This document shows positions 9,686 to 19,187 of a stretch of 64,000 bases of DNA, piece after piece (positions within the stretch are counted from its first letter, which is position 1; each line of letters begins with the position of its first letter). Below the pieces are notes generated by a model. It ran no database searches, was not told where the DNA came from, and saw only the letters and a list, made by a program, of their open reading frames with translations. The position numbers and the translations under genes were made by a program. This stretch comes from an uncultured archaeon (GTDB taxonomy: Archaea > Iainarchaeota > Iainarchaeia > Iainarchaeales > GCA-2688035), in contig CAYHBD010000009.1 of NCBI GenBank assembly GCA_964354805.1, positions 116,770 through 180,769 on the forward strand, in the 5' to 3' direction.

Positions 9686-10369
9686 ATGACTGAACTGCTG
9701 CATGCGGCAATAGTTCTGGCTGTTTTGTGCATTTTCTCAATTGTGAGCTATAAAAAAAAGCTGCTTGACTTTGAAGGCATTCTTGTTGCAAACATCGTTG
9801 GCTTATTCATTTTTTTGCTTGGGAACATTGTAAATTTTCTTTTCATCGTTTTCTTTTTCATAATAGCCGAAGCCAGCACTATTTTTGCAAGGAAAAACAG
9901 TAGAACAAAACATGAAGTGAGGACAACCGGAAACATTTTGGGCAACAGCGGAGCAGCTGTTCTTTCCCTCATATTCAATTTTCCTTTCGGTTTCTTTGCT
10001 GCATTGTCAGCTGCTTTGGCTGACACGCTGAGCAGCGAAATAGGCCTGCTTTCAAAAAGAAAACCTGTCCTGATAACAACACTGGAAAAAGTGCCGCACG
10101 GCACTGATGGTGGGGTTACACCGCTCGGAATGTACGCTGCGCTGGCAGGCGCTGCAGCGATTGCCTCAATCCACTTTTATTTGCAGCAAAACCTTTTGCT
10201 TTTTCTTGTTTTGATTGCAAGCGGTTTTATCGGCAGCACTGTTGACAGCTTCTTCGGCGCAGTATTCGAAAGAAAAAAAATGCTGAACAACGCCGAAGTA
10301 AACTTTTTGGGCAGCTGCGGCGGGGTTGCAGCAGGGCTTCTTTTAATCAGGCTGGCTGCAATCTTGTAA
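9686..10369 (+). CDS. DUF92/TMEM19 family membrane protein
   Basis: RTTGNILGNS, AALADTLSSEIG, LITTLEKVPHGTDGGVT, VDSFFGA, NNAEVNFL. Confidence 0.88.
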   Translation: MTELLHAAIVLAVLCIFSIVSYKKKLLDFEGILVANIVGLFIFLLGNIVNFLFIVFFFIIAEASTIFARKNSRTKHEVRTTGNILGNSGAAVLSLIFNFPFGFFAALSAALADTLSSEIGLLSKRKPVLITTLEKVPHGTDGGVTPLGMYAALAGAAAIASIHFYLQQNLLLFLVLIASGFIGSTVDSFFGAVFERKKMLNNAEVNFLGSCGGVAAGLLLIRLAAIL

Positions 10370-10436
10370 GTTTTGCCAAAGTGCCACAATCAGCTTTCAA
10401 AAGCCAGTTTGTCTGAAACCCGCCAATTTTTGCAGG

Positions 10437-11357
10437 CTATGACTGTATGCTCGGCTGCTGGCTTTCAAACATGCCCTGCTTCATCCCAAAGCCGAAGCTG
10501 TAGCCTGCGCTGCCTAATAAGTCGAGCAAGCTCGCTTCCTTTTTTCCAAAATCAACTGTTTCAGGGGACTCAATGCCTGCAAACTGGGCTGCCTTTGCTA
10601 TTGCATCCTGCTTTGTGCCAAGCCCGTCAATCAGGCCTGCTGCAAGCGCCTGCTCTCCGCTCAAAATCCTGCCGTCGCTCAAGCGCTCAAACTCGGCTCT
10701 ATTCAGCCTTTCGCCCCTGAATTTGATTATATCTCCCTTGAAGTGCTTGAATGCGCTGGACAAAATTTCCTGCATTATTTCAAGCTGCTCTGCATCCATT
10801 TCTTCGAACATGCTGCCCATTGCCTTGTTCTCGCCTTCCTTCAGAACCCGCACTTTCACGCCGTATTTTTTCAGCAGTTCCTCAATGTTTGCAACAATGC
10901 TTATCACCCCAATGCTGCCGGTCAGGCTATCCGCATCGGCAACAACGTAGTCGCTGGCTGCCGCAACATAGTATGCGCCGCTTGCTCCAAGGTCTCCAAT
11001 CCATGCAACAACCTTTTTGCTCTTCTTTGCTTCCTGCACTGCAGCAACTATTTGCTTTGTTGCAACAATGCTGCCGCCAGGGCTGTCAATGTCAAGTAAT
11101 ATTGCTGCAATGCTGGGGTCATCAGCTGCCTGCTGGACTTTCTCGGCTATTTCACTGCTGCTTAATTCCGTTACAAAAGAGGACTTTTCGGCTTCAATGC
11201 TGCCCTTTACAGGGATTACGGCGATTTTGCCTGAAAAAAGGCTGAATGAAGGAGAGAGAACAAGCAATGCGCTGAACAAAAAAGCCAGGCCGATCAAGGC
11301 AACCAAGCCAAGCACTACGGCAATTAGAATCTTGTTCATCCCAAAAAACCCGGACAT
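10437..11357 (-). CDS. sppA: Signal peptide peptidase SppA (S49)
   Basis: IDSPGGS, GASGAYYVA, TGSIGVI, DGRILSGEQA. Confidence 0.92.
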   Translation of the reverse strand: MSGFFGMNKILIAVVLGLVALIGLAFLFSALLVLSPSFSLFSGKIAVIPVKGSIEAEKSSFVTELSSSEIAEKVQQAADDPSIAAILLDIDSPGGSIVATKQIVAAVQEAKKSKKVVAWIGDLGASGAYYVAAASDYVVADADSLTGSIGVISIVANIEELLKKYGVKVRVLKEGENKAMGSMFEEMDAEQLEIMQEILSSAFKHFKGDIIKFRGERLNRAEFERLSDGRILSGEQALAAGLIDGLGTKQDAIAKAAQFAGIESPETVDFGKKEASLLDLLGSAGYSFGFGMKQGMFESQQPSIQS

Positions 11358-11500
11358 TATAACACCAATTGCCCTGCAACAGTATAAAAATTTAATTGCC
11401 CCTCTTACCTTATAAATTTAATAACCATCCACCCGTTAAACAAAAAACCTGAATTAAAAAATTAAAATCTTAGAATTAAACAAAAAAAAGTGGTTTTTCG

Positions 11501-12025
11501 GTGAGCCCAGATTTCATTCTCTTCGTTGCAAGAGCAAGCCTGATGGCGATTCCGCTCTACTTATGCAACAGCATGGCCCTGGTTTTCGGAGGCAAAAAGC
11601 CAATCGATTTTGGAAAAAAATTCACGGATGGAAAGCGACTGCTTGGAGACGGCAAAACAATCAGGGGAACAATTGCAGGAATCGCAATCAGCTCGGCAGC
11701 AGCGCTTGCCCTGAGCGCAATATTCCCTGAAACTACGATTTTTTTGAACGCAAACTACGCTCTTTACGGCACACTGCTCGCAATCGGGGCGGTTGCAGGT
11801 GACTTTGCAGGCAGCTTCGCGAAAAGGCGCAGGGGCATTGAAAGGGGCGGAAGCGTTTTCCTGCTTGACCAGCTCGGCTTCGTTATTGCAGGGCTTGCGT
11901 TCGGCTGCCTGCTTGCCCAGCCGACAGCGCTTGAATTTTTTTTCCTGCTTGCATTCACAATGCTGGCGCACGTCATCGGCAACAGGATTGCCTTTCTGGC
12001 GAAAATAAAAAAAGTCCCATGGTAA
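11501..12025 (+). CDS. carS: CDP-archaeol synthase (DUF46)
   Basis: PIDFGKKFTDGKRLLGDGKTIRG, GDFAGSFAKRRRG, LDQLGF, KKVPW. Confidence 0.9.
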   Translation: MSPDFILFVARASLMAIPLYLCNSMALVFGGKKPIDFGKKFTDGKRLLGDGKTIRGTIAGIAISSAAALALSAIFPETTIFLNANYALYGTLLAIGAVAGDFAGSFAKRRRGIERGGSVFLLDQLGFVIAGLAFGCLLAQPTALEFFFLLAFTMLAHVIGNRIAFLAKIKKVPW

Positions 12026-12076
12026 GCGAATGCCAAAAAAATAGAAAAAGTAAAAAAAATTTCCAAGGGTAATAAA

Positions 12077-12613
12077 ATGAAAAAAACCAAAAAGGAAAAG
12101 AAAAGCCATAGCGCAAAAGCAGCAAAAAAGGGTTTTGGTAAAAAAGCGGTTATTTTTCTAATCAAATTTTTTGCAATCTACGCAATAGCACAGGCGGCAA
12201 TTTTAATCGCACCGCTCGGTCCGCTGAAAGAATGGATTGCATTAATTGAAGCAAGCGCGCTTGGGCTGCAGGCGCAGGGCAACAATATTTTGTTCAACGC
12301 GCATTCTTTTGAAATCACGGCGCAGTGCACTGGCTTGATGAGCGCAAGCGTTCTTGCGGCAATCGCACTTAGCTTGAAAAAGCCCGGCCAGCGGAAAAAA
12401 ATCGTGTTAATTGCTGCAGGCGCTGTGCTGCTCTTCTTCATAAACCTGTTTCGCGTTTATCTTGTCCTGCTTGCAGCAATCGCATTCAATCCTGATGCAG
12501 CAGGAACCCTGCACGAAATAACATGGTTCGCAATGGCTGCGCTAATTATTGTAATATGGTATTATTTGACTAAAAGGATTGCCGGCGCAAAGGCGTTTGC
12601 GGAAATGCTGTAA
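12077..12613 (+). CDS. Exosortase/archaeosortase family protein
   Basis: Cys-Arg-His catalytic pattern: FEITAQCTG, INLFRVY, LHEITW; multi-TM. Confidence 0.8.
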   Translation: MKKTKKEKKSHSAKAAKKGFGKKAVIFLIKFFAIYAIAQAAILIAPLGPLKEWIALIEASALGLQAQGNNILFNAHSFEITAQCTGLMSASVLAAIALSLKKPGQRKKIVLIAAGAVLLFFINLFRVYLVLLAAIAFNPDAAGTLHEITWFAMAALIIVIWYYLTKRIAGAKAFAEML

Positions 12614-12614
12614 A

Positions 12615-12752
12615 AGATCCACGCCTAAAGGTGTGGGCTTTGTTAAGCACAATGACAACGCAGAACACGGCTGTGCTATTGGAGCAGGATTCATCCAACA
12701 GCCTTTAACAAAGGCTGGCGAAATTTTAATGCACTTTTTGCTAAAAAGTGCA
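12615..12752. other. Cluster of hairpins between convergent genes; the first resembles an IS200/IS605 terminal hairpin
   Basis: CCACGCCT-AA-AGGTGTGG (12619-12636), CAGCCTTT-AAC-AAAGGCTG (12699-12717), TGCACTTTTT-GCT-AAAAAGTGCA (12730-12752). Confidence 0.5.
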
Positions 12753-12797
12753 ATCGTTAAAGCAAATGACTTTTTCCTGCACAGGCGTAAAGCAACG

Positions 12798-14408
12798 CTA
12801 TTTCTTCTCAAGTATTGCTTTTGCGACTTCTCCGAAGGCTGGCCTTGTGATAAACACTCCGACCAGGACTCCGATTGTGGTTGTGATTGCAAACCCGACC
12901 AGCCTGCCCAGACCGAAGCCGAGCAAAATCAGTGGCATCATTGTTGCAACGCTGACTGATGCAGCAGCCACCACAATAAAGAAAGCCCTCTTTGCCCTAG
13001 CCAAGAGGCTGCCGCTTTCTGCATCTATTTCGCCTTTTCGCAGCTCGTCCGTTATAATAATCTGGTCGTCAACGCCTGTTCCAACAGCCGCAACCAGGCC
13101 TGCAATGCTGCCCAAGTCAAATTTGCTTATTAAGGAAGTGAAAGCAGCAGCCATTACTACCTCGCTAACGCTCCAGAAAATCATGGGCAGAGTCAGCTTC
13201 AGTAACCTGTATCTTATGAACAAAATAATGGCAACAACAATTATTGCAAGCAGCCCCATCAAAAACGCATTCTGCAGGAAGTTCTCTCCAAGCAGCGGGC
13301 TGATTGTTTCCTTGCTAATGCTTTTAACTCTCTGGCTCAGGCTGCCTGATTGCAGGATTATCTCCAAATCGCTTCTCCTCTGCTGCGCTGTTTCAGCTGT
13401 AGCGCCGCTGCCGAAAATCTGCAGTTTGTCCATTGCCTTTGCGTCCTCAAGCCTTGCGACATCCATCTGGGCAACGCTCTCGCTCAGGCTGATAATGCTA
13501 CGCATGCCCAGTGCATCGAAAATAAACGGCTTTTGCTCCGGCACTGGAAACGGCTTTAGCTCAAAGCCCATTGCTGCGAGCTGCTGCTGCAGTTCATTGC
13601 CAAAATCGGATGGAATTATTGCATTCTTTTTCTGCGCAACAAGCGCCTGCAATTGCTGCAATTGCTCTTGGCTGAAATTGTTTCCGTCAACGATAAAATA
13701 GGGCAGTGCCCCGTTCGCCAAAACCTCTTTCATTTTTGTGCCCTCGGGAATGCCTTCAGCCTGCAGCCCCTGCAATAAAATCTGCTCGTCGTTGTAGTAA
13801 ATTTTTTTAGGCAGAATCAAAACAGCGTTTTTCGGCCTGTCTATGAAGAAATAGGTTTTATCGCACTCGTATTCCCTTCCTGCAGTTGGGTCAAAGGAAA
13901 CAAGCTGGCACCTGTGGAATGTCATTTCCTTAAAGCGGTTTGCTGCATTTATCCTTAAAATAAAGGGCAGTACCCACCTGAAGCCGTCGCCCTCCTTGTA
14001 TAGGCCATAGCCCATTGTAGGGTCTTTCTCTATGCTGATTTCTTCGCCTGTAAAGAGAACGTTGCCGTCGATTGTTGCCTCGAAAACGCCCTGCTTTTTC
14101 AGCAGGCTCTCAATCCTTTCAATCGCGGCAGGATCTGTTTCGGCAATCTGGGCAATGACAAAGCTGTCGCCAAAAAAGTTCACGCTTGTGTCCCTCAAGC
14201 CTGTCCAGTCAAGCCTCTGCTGGACTGTTGTTATCATTCTTGCCCTTTCAACAGGGTCTGTTATCGGCTCCTCCAACTGAACCTGGAAAAGGGTGCCTCC
14301 GCTGAAATCGATTCCAAACTGCATGCCTCTTAATCCAAGAATCAAAAGAGCAATGCACAGAAAGAAAATCATCAAGAGTATTCTCCAGTTTTTCAACAAA
14401 GAAGCCAT
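12798..14408 (-). CDS. secD: Protein translocase subunit SecD
   Basis: FGIDFSGGT, LQSGSL, ISPLLGENF, VGTGVDDQIII; GGTGA SD before ATG 14408. Confidence 0.9.
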   Translation of the reverse strand: MASLLKNWRILLMIFFLCIALLILGLRGMQFGIDFSGGTLFQVQLEEPITDPVERARMITTVQQRLDWTGLRDTSVNFFGDSFVIAQIAETDPAAIERIESLLKKQGVFEATIDGNVLFTGEEISIEKDPTMGYGLYKEGDGFRWVLPFILRINAANRFKEMTFHRCQLVSFDPTAGREYECDKTYFFIDRPKNAVLILPKKIYYNDEQILLQGLQAEGIPEGTKMKEVLANGALPYFIVDGNNFSQEQLQQLQALVAQKKNAIIPSDFGNELQQQLAAMGFELKPFPVPEQKPFIFDALGMRSIISLSESVAQMDVARLEDAKAMDKLQIFGSGATAETAQQRRSDLEIILQSGSLSQRVKSISKETISPLLGENFLQNAFLMGLLAIIVVAIILFIRYRLLKLTLPMIFWSVSEVVMAAAFTSLISKFDLGSIAGLVAAVGTGVDDQIIITDELRKGEIDAESGSLLARAKRAFFIVVAAASVSVATMMPLILLGFGLGRLVGFAITTTIGVLVGVFITRPAFGEVAKAILEKK

Positions 14409-14419
14409 ATTGTCACCAA

Positions 14420-14612
14420 AAACAATTTTTAGTTTTCTCTCCAAATTCCAAAAAATCTCCTAAAAAAATTTTAGTTTTCTTTCCAATTTCCCAAAAATCA
14501 CCCAAAAAAAATTTTGATTCCACCTAATTTCCCAAAAATGCCAACCTCAAATTACCCCAAAAAAAAATTTTAATTTCCACCCACTTCCAAAAAACCTTTT
14601 TCCCAAATCACC
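14420..14612 (-). repeat. Degenerate tandem repeats (about 4-5 copies of ~38-50 bp) between secF and secD
   Basis: Recurring aattttagttttctYtccaaWttccMaaaaatcWcc units, each containing an SD-like GGTGA/GGAGA on the minus strand. Confidence 0.7.
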
Positions 14613-15691
14613 TAAAATATTGTCTTTTTCTTTGCCCTCTCAACATACCACAGCAGCAGCGGGGCGTTCATCAGCCATGTTCCAATTATGTCTCCAACAA
14701 GGCCAAACAGCAGCACTGCTGAGATTTCAAAAATTATGCTGATCTGGTTGAAGTAAGAGACTACCAACATCACCAGAAGCGCGCCTATTGTTGTGCCAGT
14801 CATTGTAAGGCCGGTGTTGAGGCTGCCGTAAGCCCTTTCAACAGGGCTTTTCTCCTTCCTCTGCAGCATTCTCGAGGTGAGCATTACATCAGTGTCAATG
14901 CTGTAACCCAACAGCATCAGCAGTGTTGGAATGCTGCTCAGGGACAAAGGTATTGAGAATACAGCCATCATTGCAACAGCGCACCCCACATCAAAGATTC
15001 CGCACACTATGACTGCAAAGCTGGGAATGATTTTCCTGAAGAAAATGAAAATCACTATGGTTACGAGAATAACCGCGAATATTGCAACATTAAGCCCTGT
15101 CTGCCAGAAAGAAGCGCTCAGGGTAGGCGATATCTCCCTTCTCTGGAAAGCACTGCTTTCGGATAATGAAAAGCGCTGCTTGATCAAATCCTGCATTTGC
15201 TGGCTGGCATTCTTGCCTGCCTCAATCAAGGCTAATTCAGCCTTGTTTACCGCCTCTTCAGGCTCACTTGGCAGGGTTGTGTCAGTGAGGTAACGCTTTA
15301 CGCTTTCCACTGCATCCCTCGCAAGCTGCAGCGCGGCATCAGGATTATCAGGGTTTGTTTCAAGCGCTGCCCTGGCTGCCTCTACAGATGCTTTTCCTGA
15401 TTCCAGGGCAGTGTCTGCCGCAAACTGGATGTTCACGCCGTATCCAGCAGGGCCTGAAACACTGCTTACTTTTAATTCTGTTAGTTCAAAGTTTTGTGAG
15501 AGCAGACTGCTCAGTTCTGTTGCATCAATGGGCTTGTCTGCCCTGATTATCACCATGGTTCCGCCCTTGAAGTCAATTCCCATAGGCACTTTGGGCCATA
15601 CGAAAATGAGGATAAAGAAGACTATGTATAGGGCAATCGGAATTGCGAGCAGCATTTTGTAGTTTTTACCGTAGAAGTTTGGCAGCTGCAA
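14612..15691 (-). CDS. secF: Protein translocase subunit SecF
   Basis: MGIDFKGGT, ISPTLS, LMLLGYSIDTDVML, TGLTMTGTT. Confidence 0.9.
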   Translation of the reverse strand: MQLPNFYGKNYKMLLAIPIALYIVFFILIFVWPKVPMGIDFKGGTMVIIRADKPIDATELSSLLSQNFELTELKVSSVSGPAGYGVNIQFAADTALESGKASVEAARAALETNPDNPDAALQLARDAVESVKRYLTDTTLPSEPEEAVNKAELALIEAGKNASQQMQDLIKQRFSLSESSAFQRREISPTLSASFWQTGLNVAIFAVILVTIVIFIFFRKIIPSFAVIVCGIFDVGCAVAMMAVFSIPLSLSSIPTLLMLLGYSIDTDVMLTSRMLQRKEKSPVERAYGSLNTGLTMTGTTIGALLVMLVVSYFNQISIIFEISAVLLFGLVGDIIGTWLMNAPLLLWYVERAKKKTIF

Positions 15692-15854
15692 TCAAAAAAC
15701 CCCTTTTTAGCAAAAAAACCATTTTTTCAGCAAAAAAACCCTTTTTTTAAAGGCTTAAAAAAAGCTTATAACAATAAATTAACTAAAGAATTATTTAAAA
15801 AGGTTGGGAAAGAATGAGGCTGCAATCGATTGGAACAAAAGGGGGTGAAAAGCA

Positions 15855-16928
15855 ATGAGGCTGCAATTGGCATTTCTTCCGCCGCAAAAGGAATTGCTTG
15901 AGATAGCTTTCAGCAGGGCAAGAAAGCAGGCGGAAAAAATTGGCGGGCAAGGGACCAAGCTGCAGAAATCAAAGCAAAAAGCAACCCAAAAAATCATCAC
16001 AAGCGCGGCTTACTTCACCGAAAAGCTGCAGCAGGCTGTCCAAGGATTCCCCTCAATGCAAAAACAGCACCCTTTCTACAGGGAGCTAATTGAGGCAACT
16101 GTTGATTTGGATGCAATGCTCAGGGCCCTTGGCCAAATGAGCGCTGCCAGGAGAATAACCGACAGGCTGAAAGGGCAGTACATCGGAAAAATCAGGTCCC
16201 TTGGAAAGGGAGAGGAAAAAAAAGCGGCTGACCTTGTAAGCGGATTCTACGGCAGGCTTGCATCGCTTGCAAAAACCATGGACAAAGGGATTACAGCATA
16301 CAACGAGAACGCGAAAAAAATGCTGGAGCTGCCAAACATAAGATTTGATTTGCCGACGGCAATAATCGCAGGCTATCCGAACACAGGCAAAACAACAATC
16401 CTAAGCAGGCTCACAAAAAGCAAGCCAAAAATAGCTGCATACCCATTCACAACACAGTATCTGCAAATAGGATACCTTGTGCAAAACTATCTGGAATTCC
16501 AGCTGATTGACACCCCTGGCTTGCTTGACAGGCCTCTTGAGAAAAGAAACAAAATTGAAAGGAAAGCGATTGCTGCCCTGCGGCACCTTGCAAATGCCAT
16601 AATTTTCGTTGTTGACCCGACAACAAGGTGCGGATTTGAACTTGAAAAACAAGCGAATTTGTTCAAAGAGATTGCAGAAGAATTCAAGGAAACAAAAATT
16701 TTGATTGTCTTAAACAAAGCTGACATCGCAAGCAAAGAGGAAATGCATGCTGCGAAAGAAGCATTCGGCAAAGCTACAATAGTGGAAGGGCAAGGCATCC
16801 ACTCCAAACTGCGGGAAAAAATCGCAGAAGCGCTGAAGGAAAGAACCGAACCAACGCAGCAGGAAAAGGAGGCGGAATCAACGGAAGAAAAGAATACAAG
16901 CGAGAGCCAAGGCAAGGCAATTGGTTAA
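15855..16928 (+). CDS. NOG1-family GTP-binding protein
   Basis: HPFYRELI, GYPNTGKTT, IAAYPFTT, DTPGLLDRP, NKAD. Confidence 0.9.
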   Translation: MRLQLAFLPPQKELLEIAFSRARKQAEKIGGQGTKLQKSKQKATQKIITSAAYFTEKLQQAVQGFPSMQKQHPFYRELIEATVDLDAMLRALGQMSAARRITDRLKGQYIGKIRSLGKGEEKKAADLVSGFYGRLASLAKTMDKGITAYNENAKKMLELPNIRFDLPTAIIAGYPNTGKTTILSRLTKSKPKIAAYPFTTQYLQIGYLVQNYLEFQLIDTPGLLDRPLEKRNKIERKAIAALRHLANAIIFVVDPTTRCGFELEKQANLFKEIAEEFKETKILIVLNKADIASKEEMHAAKEAFGKATIVEGQGIHSKLREKIAEALKERTEPTQQEKEAESTEEKNTSESQGKAIG

Positions 16929-16967
16929 ATTTTTATTCAAGAAAGCGCTTATTCTAAAGGATTAAAG

Positions 16968-19121
16968 ATGAAACCCAACAGGGCGGTTTTTGCGATTGCC
17001 TTTGCAGCAGCATTCCTGCTCGCAAGCACAAATTGCTACAGCGTGCAACCTGAAAAAGTGTCTTTGGAGGGGGAAGATTTCATTTTCACTTTTTGGCCGA
17101 TTTACATAAGCGGATGCACACAGCAAAAACTGGACGACCCTAACAGTATCGCGAGCAAAAGAATGCAGGGAATTGACACAATGATGGACCCTAGTATAGG
17201 AATGACCCATGCAGGCATACATTTCGTGGCCCTTCCCACTGATGAAAATCCATGTTTAACGAATCTTAAGAATATTAAAAAATACAAGCTGGCTTTAGAA
17301 ATTAGCGCAGGGCATGGTAGATTAAATGAGGGGCGTACAGAATTAGCTGACATTAAGTGGCCAGCCGAGTATTTAAACACGGACAAGGGAAAGCAGTTTC
17401 TCAAGGCGCCCTGCCTGTGCAATAATTGCACTATCACTGAAGAGATTGCAAACAATTGGTCTGATTACGTTGACAAAGAAAGGTGCGGGGATTGGAACAA
17501 CAATCGTGCACTAGACCCTTCATATACCGGCATATTATGGCAGAATACTTTGAATAATACAAAGGATGTTGTAGCAAAGGCTCAGCCTGAAATTGTTTTA
17601 TTTGACACTGAACTATGGCTTAGGCCAGGAGCCATAGACACGGATTTTTATGGGGATACTGATTGCCAGTGCATGCTTCTTCAAAAGGCCTTTGGATATG
17701 ATGGATGCGGAACACAACCACCTTGCAACAGGTATGATTATTACCAAAAGAACCCGCTATGCTGCCAATATGACCGCTATATTTCTGCCTGGAGGCAGCG
17801 CGGGCTTGAGCTGAAAGCGGCAGTTCAATCAGTTTCTTCAGCAAAAGTTTCTTTTTACGACGAAATTCCAGCAAATGGAAGAAGATATGTTCAGACCTAT
17901 ACCGGGGCGTACTGGGATAATTATGACACAATTGGAGCAATGCCAAGCGGCGTTAGCGACTACCCATCGCCTTATTTGTACATTGTTCCAAATTTAGAGG
18001 TTTTTGAAAAAAACACGCCCTATCTTTCTGGCACAGTCCCCTGGGTCAGCTATACTCACATGATGGGGTACAGCAATTTCAATGAGCAAAAAGCAGATGT
18101 GTACTTTGATCCAAGCGTGAGCAGGGAAGCCGGGCGAATGCTAAGGGAAGCTGGGGCAAAAGGGTTCATAGTTTACCCAAACGGCCAAAACATGGAGGAA
18201 AGGACTGCTGGAGAGAAGTATTGGCAACACTATGGGAAACAGGGCTATGATTATTGGCTGGCGCATGCCAAGGAAATGATTGCAGGATTCAACGAAGAAC
18301 CAACATATGTTGAGAAAAACAAGATTAGGAACAGTGATTTTGAGGCATTCAGGGCAGTAACTAAAGAATATAAAAAGGGGGCGGGAATGTCCCATACTAG
18401 CAGCCAATTGGTTGGGCAAACACAGTTTGCGCCTGTTTTTTGGTTTTGGCAGGATTCAAGCCCAAATTACAACGACATTAATAATGCGGCATTTAGCAAT
18501 TTGGTTTATGATGACTCGCTGCAAGAATACCTTAAAGTCCCTGATGCTCAACCGTACAAGAATTTTGTTTTCGCCGATGTTAAGAGCGGAAGCGTTGCCT
18601 GGAAGCATTCAAGGAACGGCGAGCCAGGCAGCAGAACCATTTTGTCAAAAACATTCTCAATTGGGGCTGCTGAGGAAGGAAAGTATAAGTTTTCCATTTG
18701 GACAAAAGCAAGCCTTGATTCTGCTAACGGCAAAATTGAATTCTTTTTAGTGAACACAAGCACTTTGGCAGAGCAAAAACTCGGCGAAACAGGCTTTGAA
18801 ACAAGCTGGAAAGAATTCAAAAAATATGCAAACATGGCAGTTGGAGACTACAACGTAAAAATACTAATAAATGACCAAACAGGGCAAGCAATTGACATAT
18901 TTCTTGACAAAGCATCGCTGGAAAAAGCGGGGGAAGAATGCGGAAACACAATATGCGAAGCAGGCGAAACTGTCTCATGCCCGCAGGATTGCCAAGAATG
19001 CATTGATACGCCGAAATTAATAGGCTACATTAGCCAGTGGAAAAGGGGAGAAATAAGCATGCTCACGCTGATGCAAAAAATGAAGCAATATAAAGCAGGA
19101 ACAGGATGTCCGACGCAGTAA
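16968..19121 (+). CDS. Secreted protein, putative glycan-active domain + CBM-like domain + WKRGEI tail (member 2)
   Basis: Signal peptide; NKIRNSDFE CBM4/9-like start; shared Cys repeat and tail. Confidence 0.7.
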   Translation: MKPNRAVFAIAFAAAFLLASTNCYSVQPEKVSLEGEDFIFTFWPIYISGCTQQKLDDPNSIASKRMQGIDTMMDPSIGMTHAGIHFVALPTDENPCLTNLKNIKKYKLALEISAGHGRLNEGRTELADIKWPAEYLNTDKGKQFLKAPCLCNNCTITEEIANNWSDYVDKERCGDWNNNRALDPSYTGILWQNTLNNTKDVVAKAQPEIVLFDTELWLRPGAIDTDFYGDTDCQCMLLQKAFGYDGCGTQPPCNRYDYYQKNPLCCQYDRYISAWRQRGLELKAAVQSVSSAKVSFYDEIPANGRRYVQTYTGAYWDNYDTIGAMPSGVSDYPSPYLYIVPNLEVFEKNTPYLSGTVPWVSYTHMMGYSNFNEQKADVYFDPSVSREAGRMLREAGAKGFIVYPNGQNMEERTAGEKYWQHYGKQGYDYWLAHAKEMIAGFNEEPTYVEKNKIRNSDFEAFRAVTKEYKKGAGMSHTSSQLVGQTQFAPVFWFWQDSSPNYNDINNAAFSNLVYDDSLQEYLKVPDAQPYKNFVFADVKSGSVAWKHSRNGEPGSRTILSKTFSIGAAEEGKYKFSIWTKASLDSANGKIEFFLVNTSTLAEQKLGETGFETSWKEFKKYANMAVGDYNVKILINDQTGQAIDIFLDKASLEKAGEECGNTICEAGETVSCPQDCQECIDTPKLIGYISQWKRGEISMLTLMQKMKQYKAGTGCPTQ

Positions 19122-19187
19122 TAGCATCGCAGCATTTCAATCAATTAAATTTTTATTAAAGAAAGCACTTATTCTAATTGATTAAAA

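Noticed and set aside
12748-13701. Long antisense ORFs (e.g. 12748-13701, 28693-29562, 8016-8684, 39285-40043)
   Set aside because: Shadows of well-supported genes on the opposite strand, with no motifs of their own.
14420-14612. CRISPR array
   Set aside because: Units are degenerate, have no unique spacers of regular length, and no cas genes are present.
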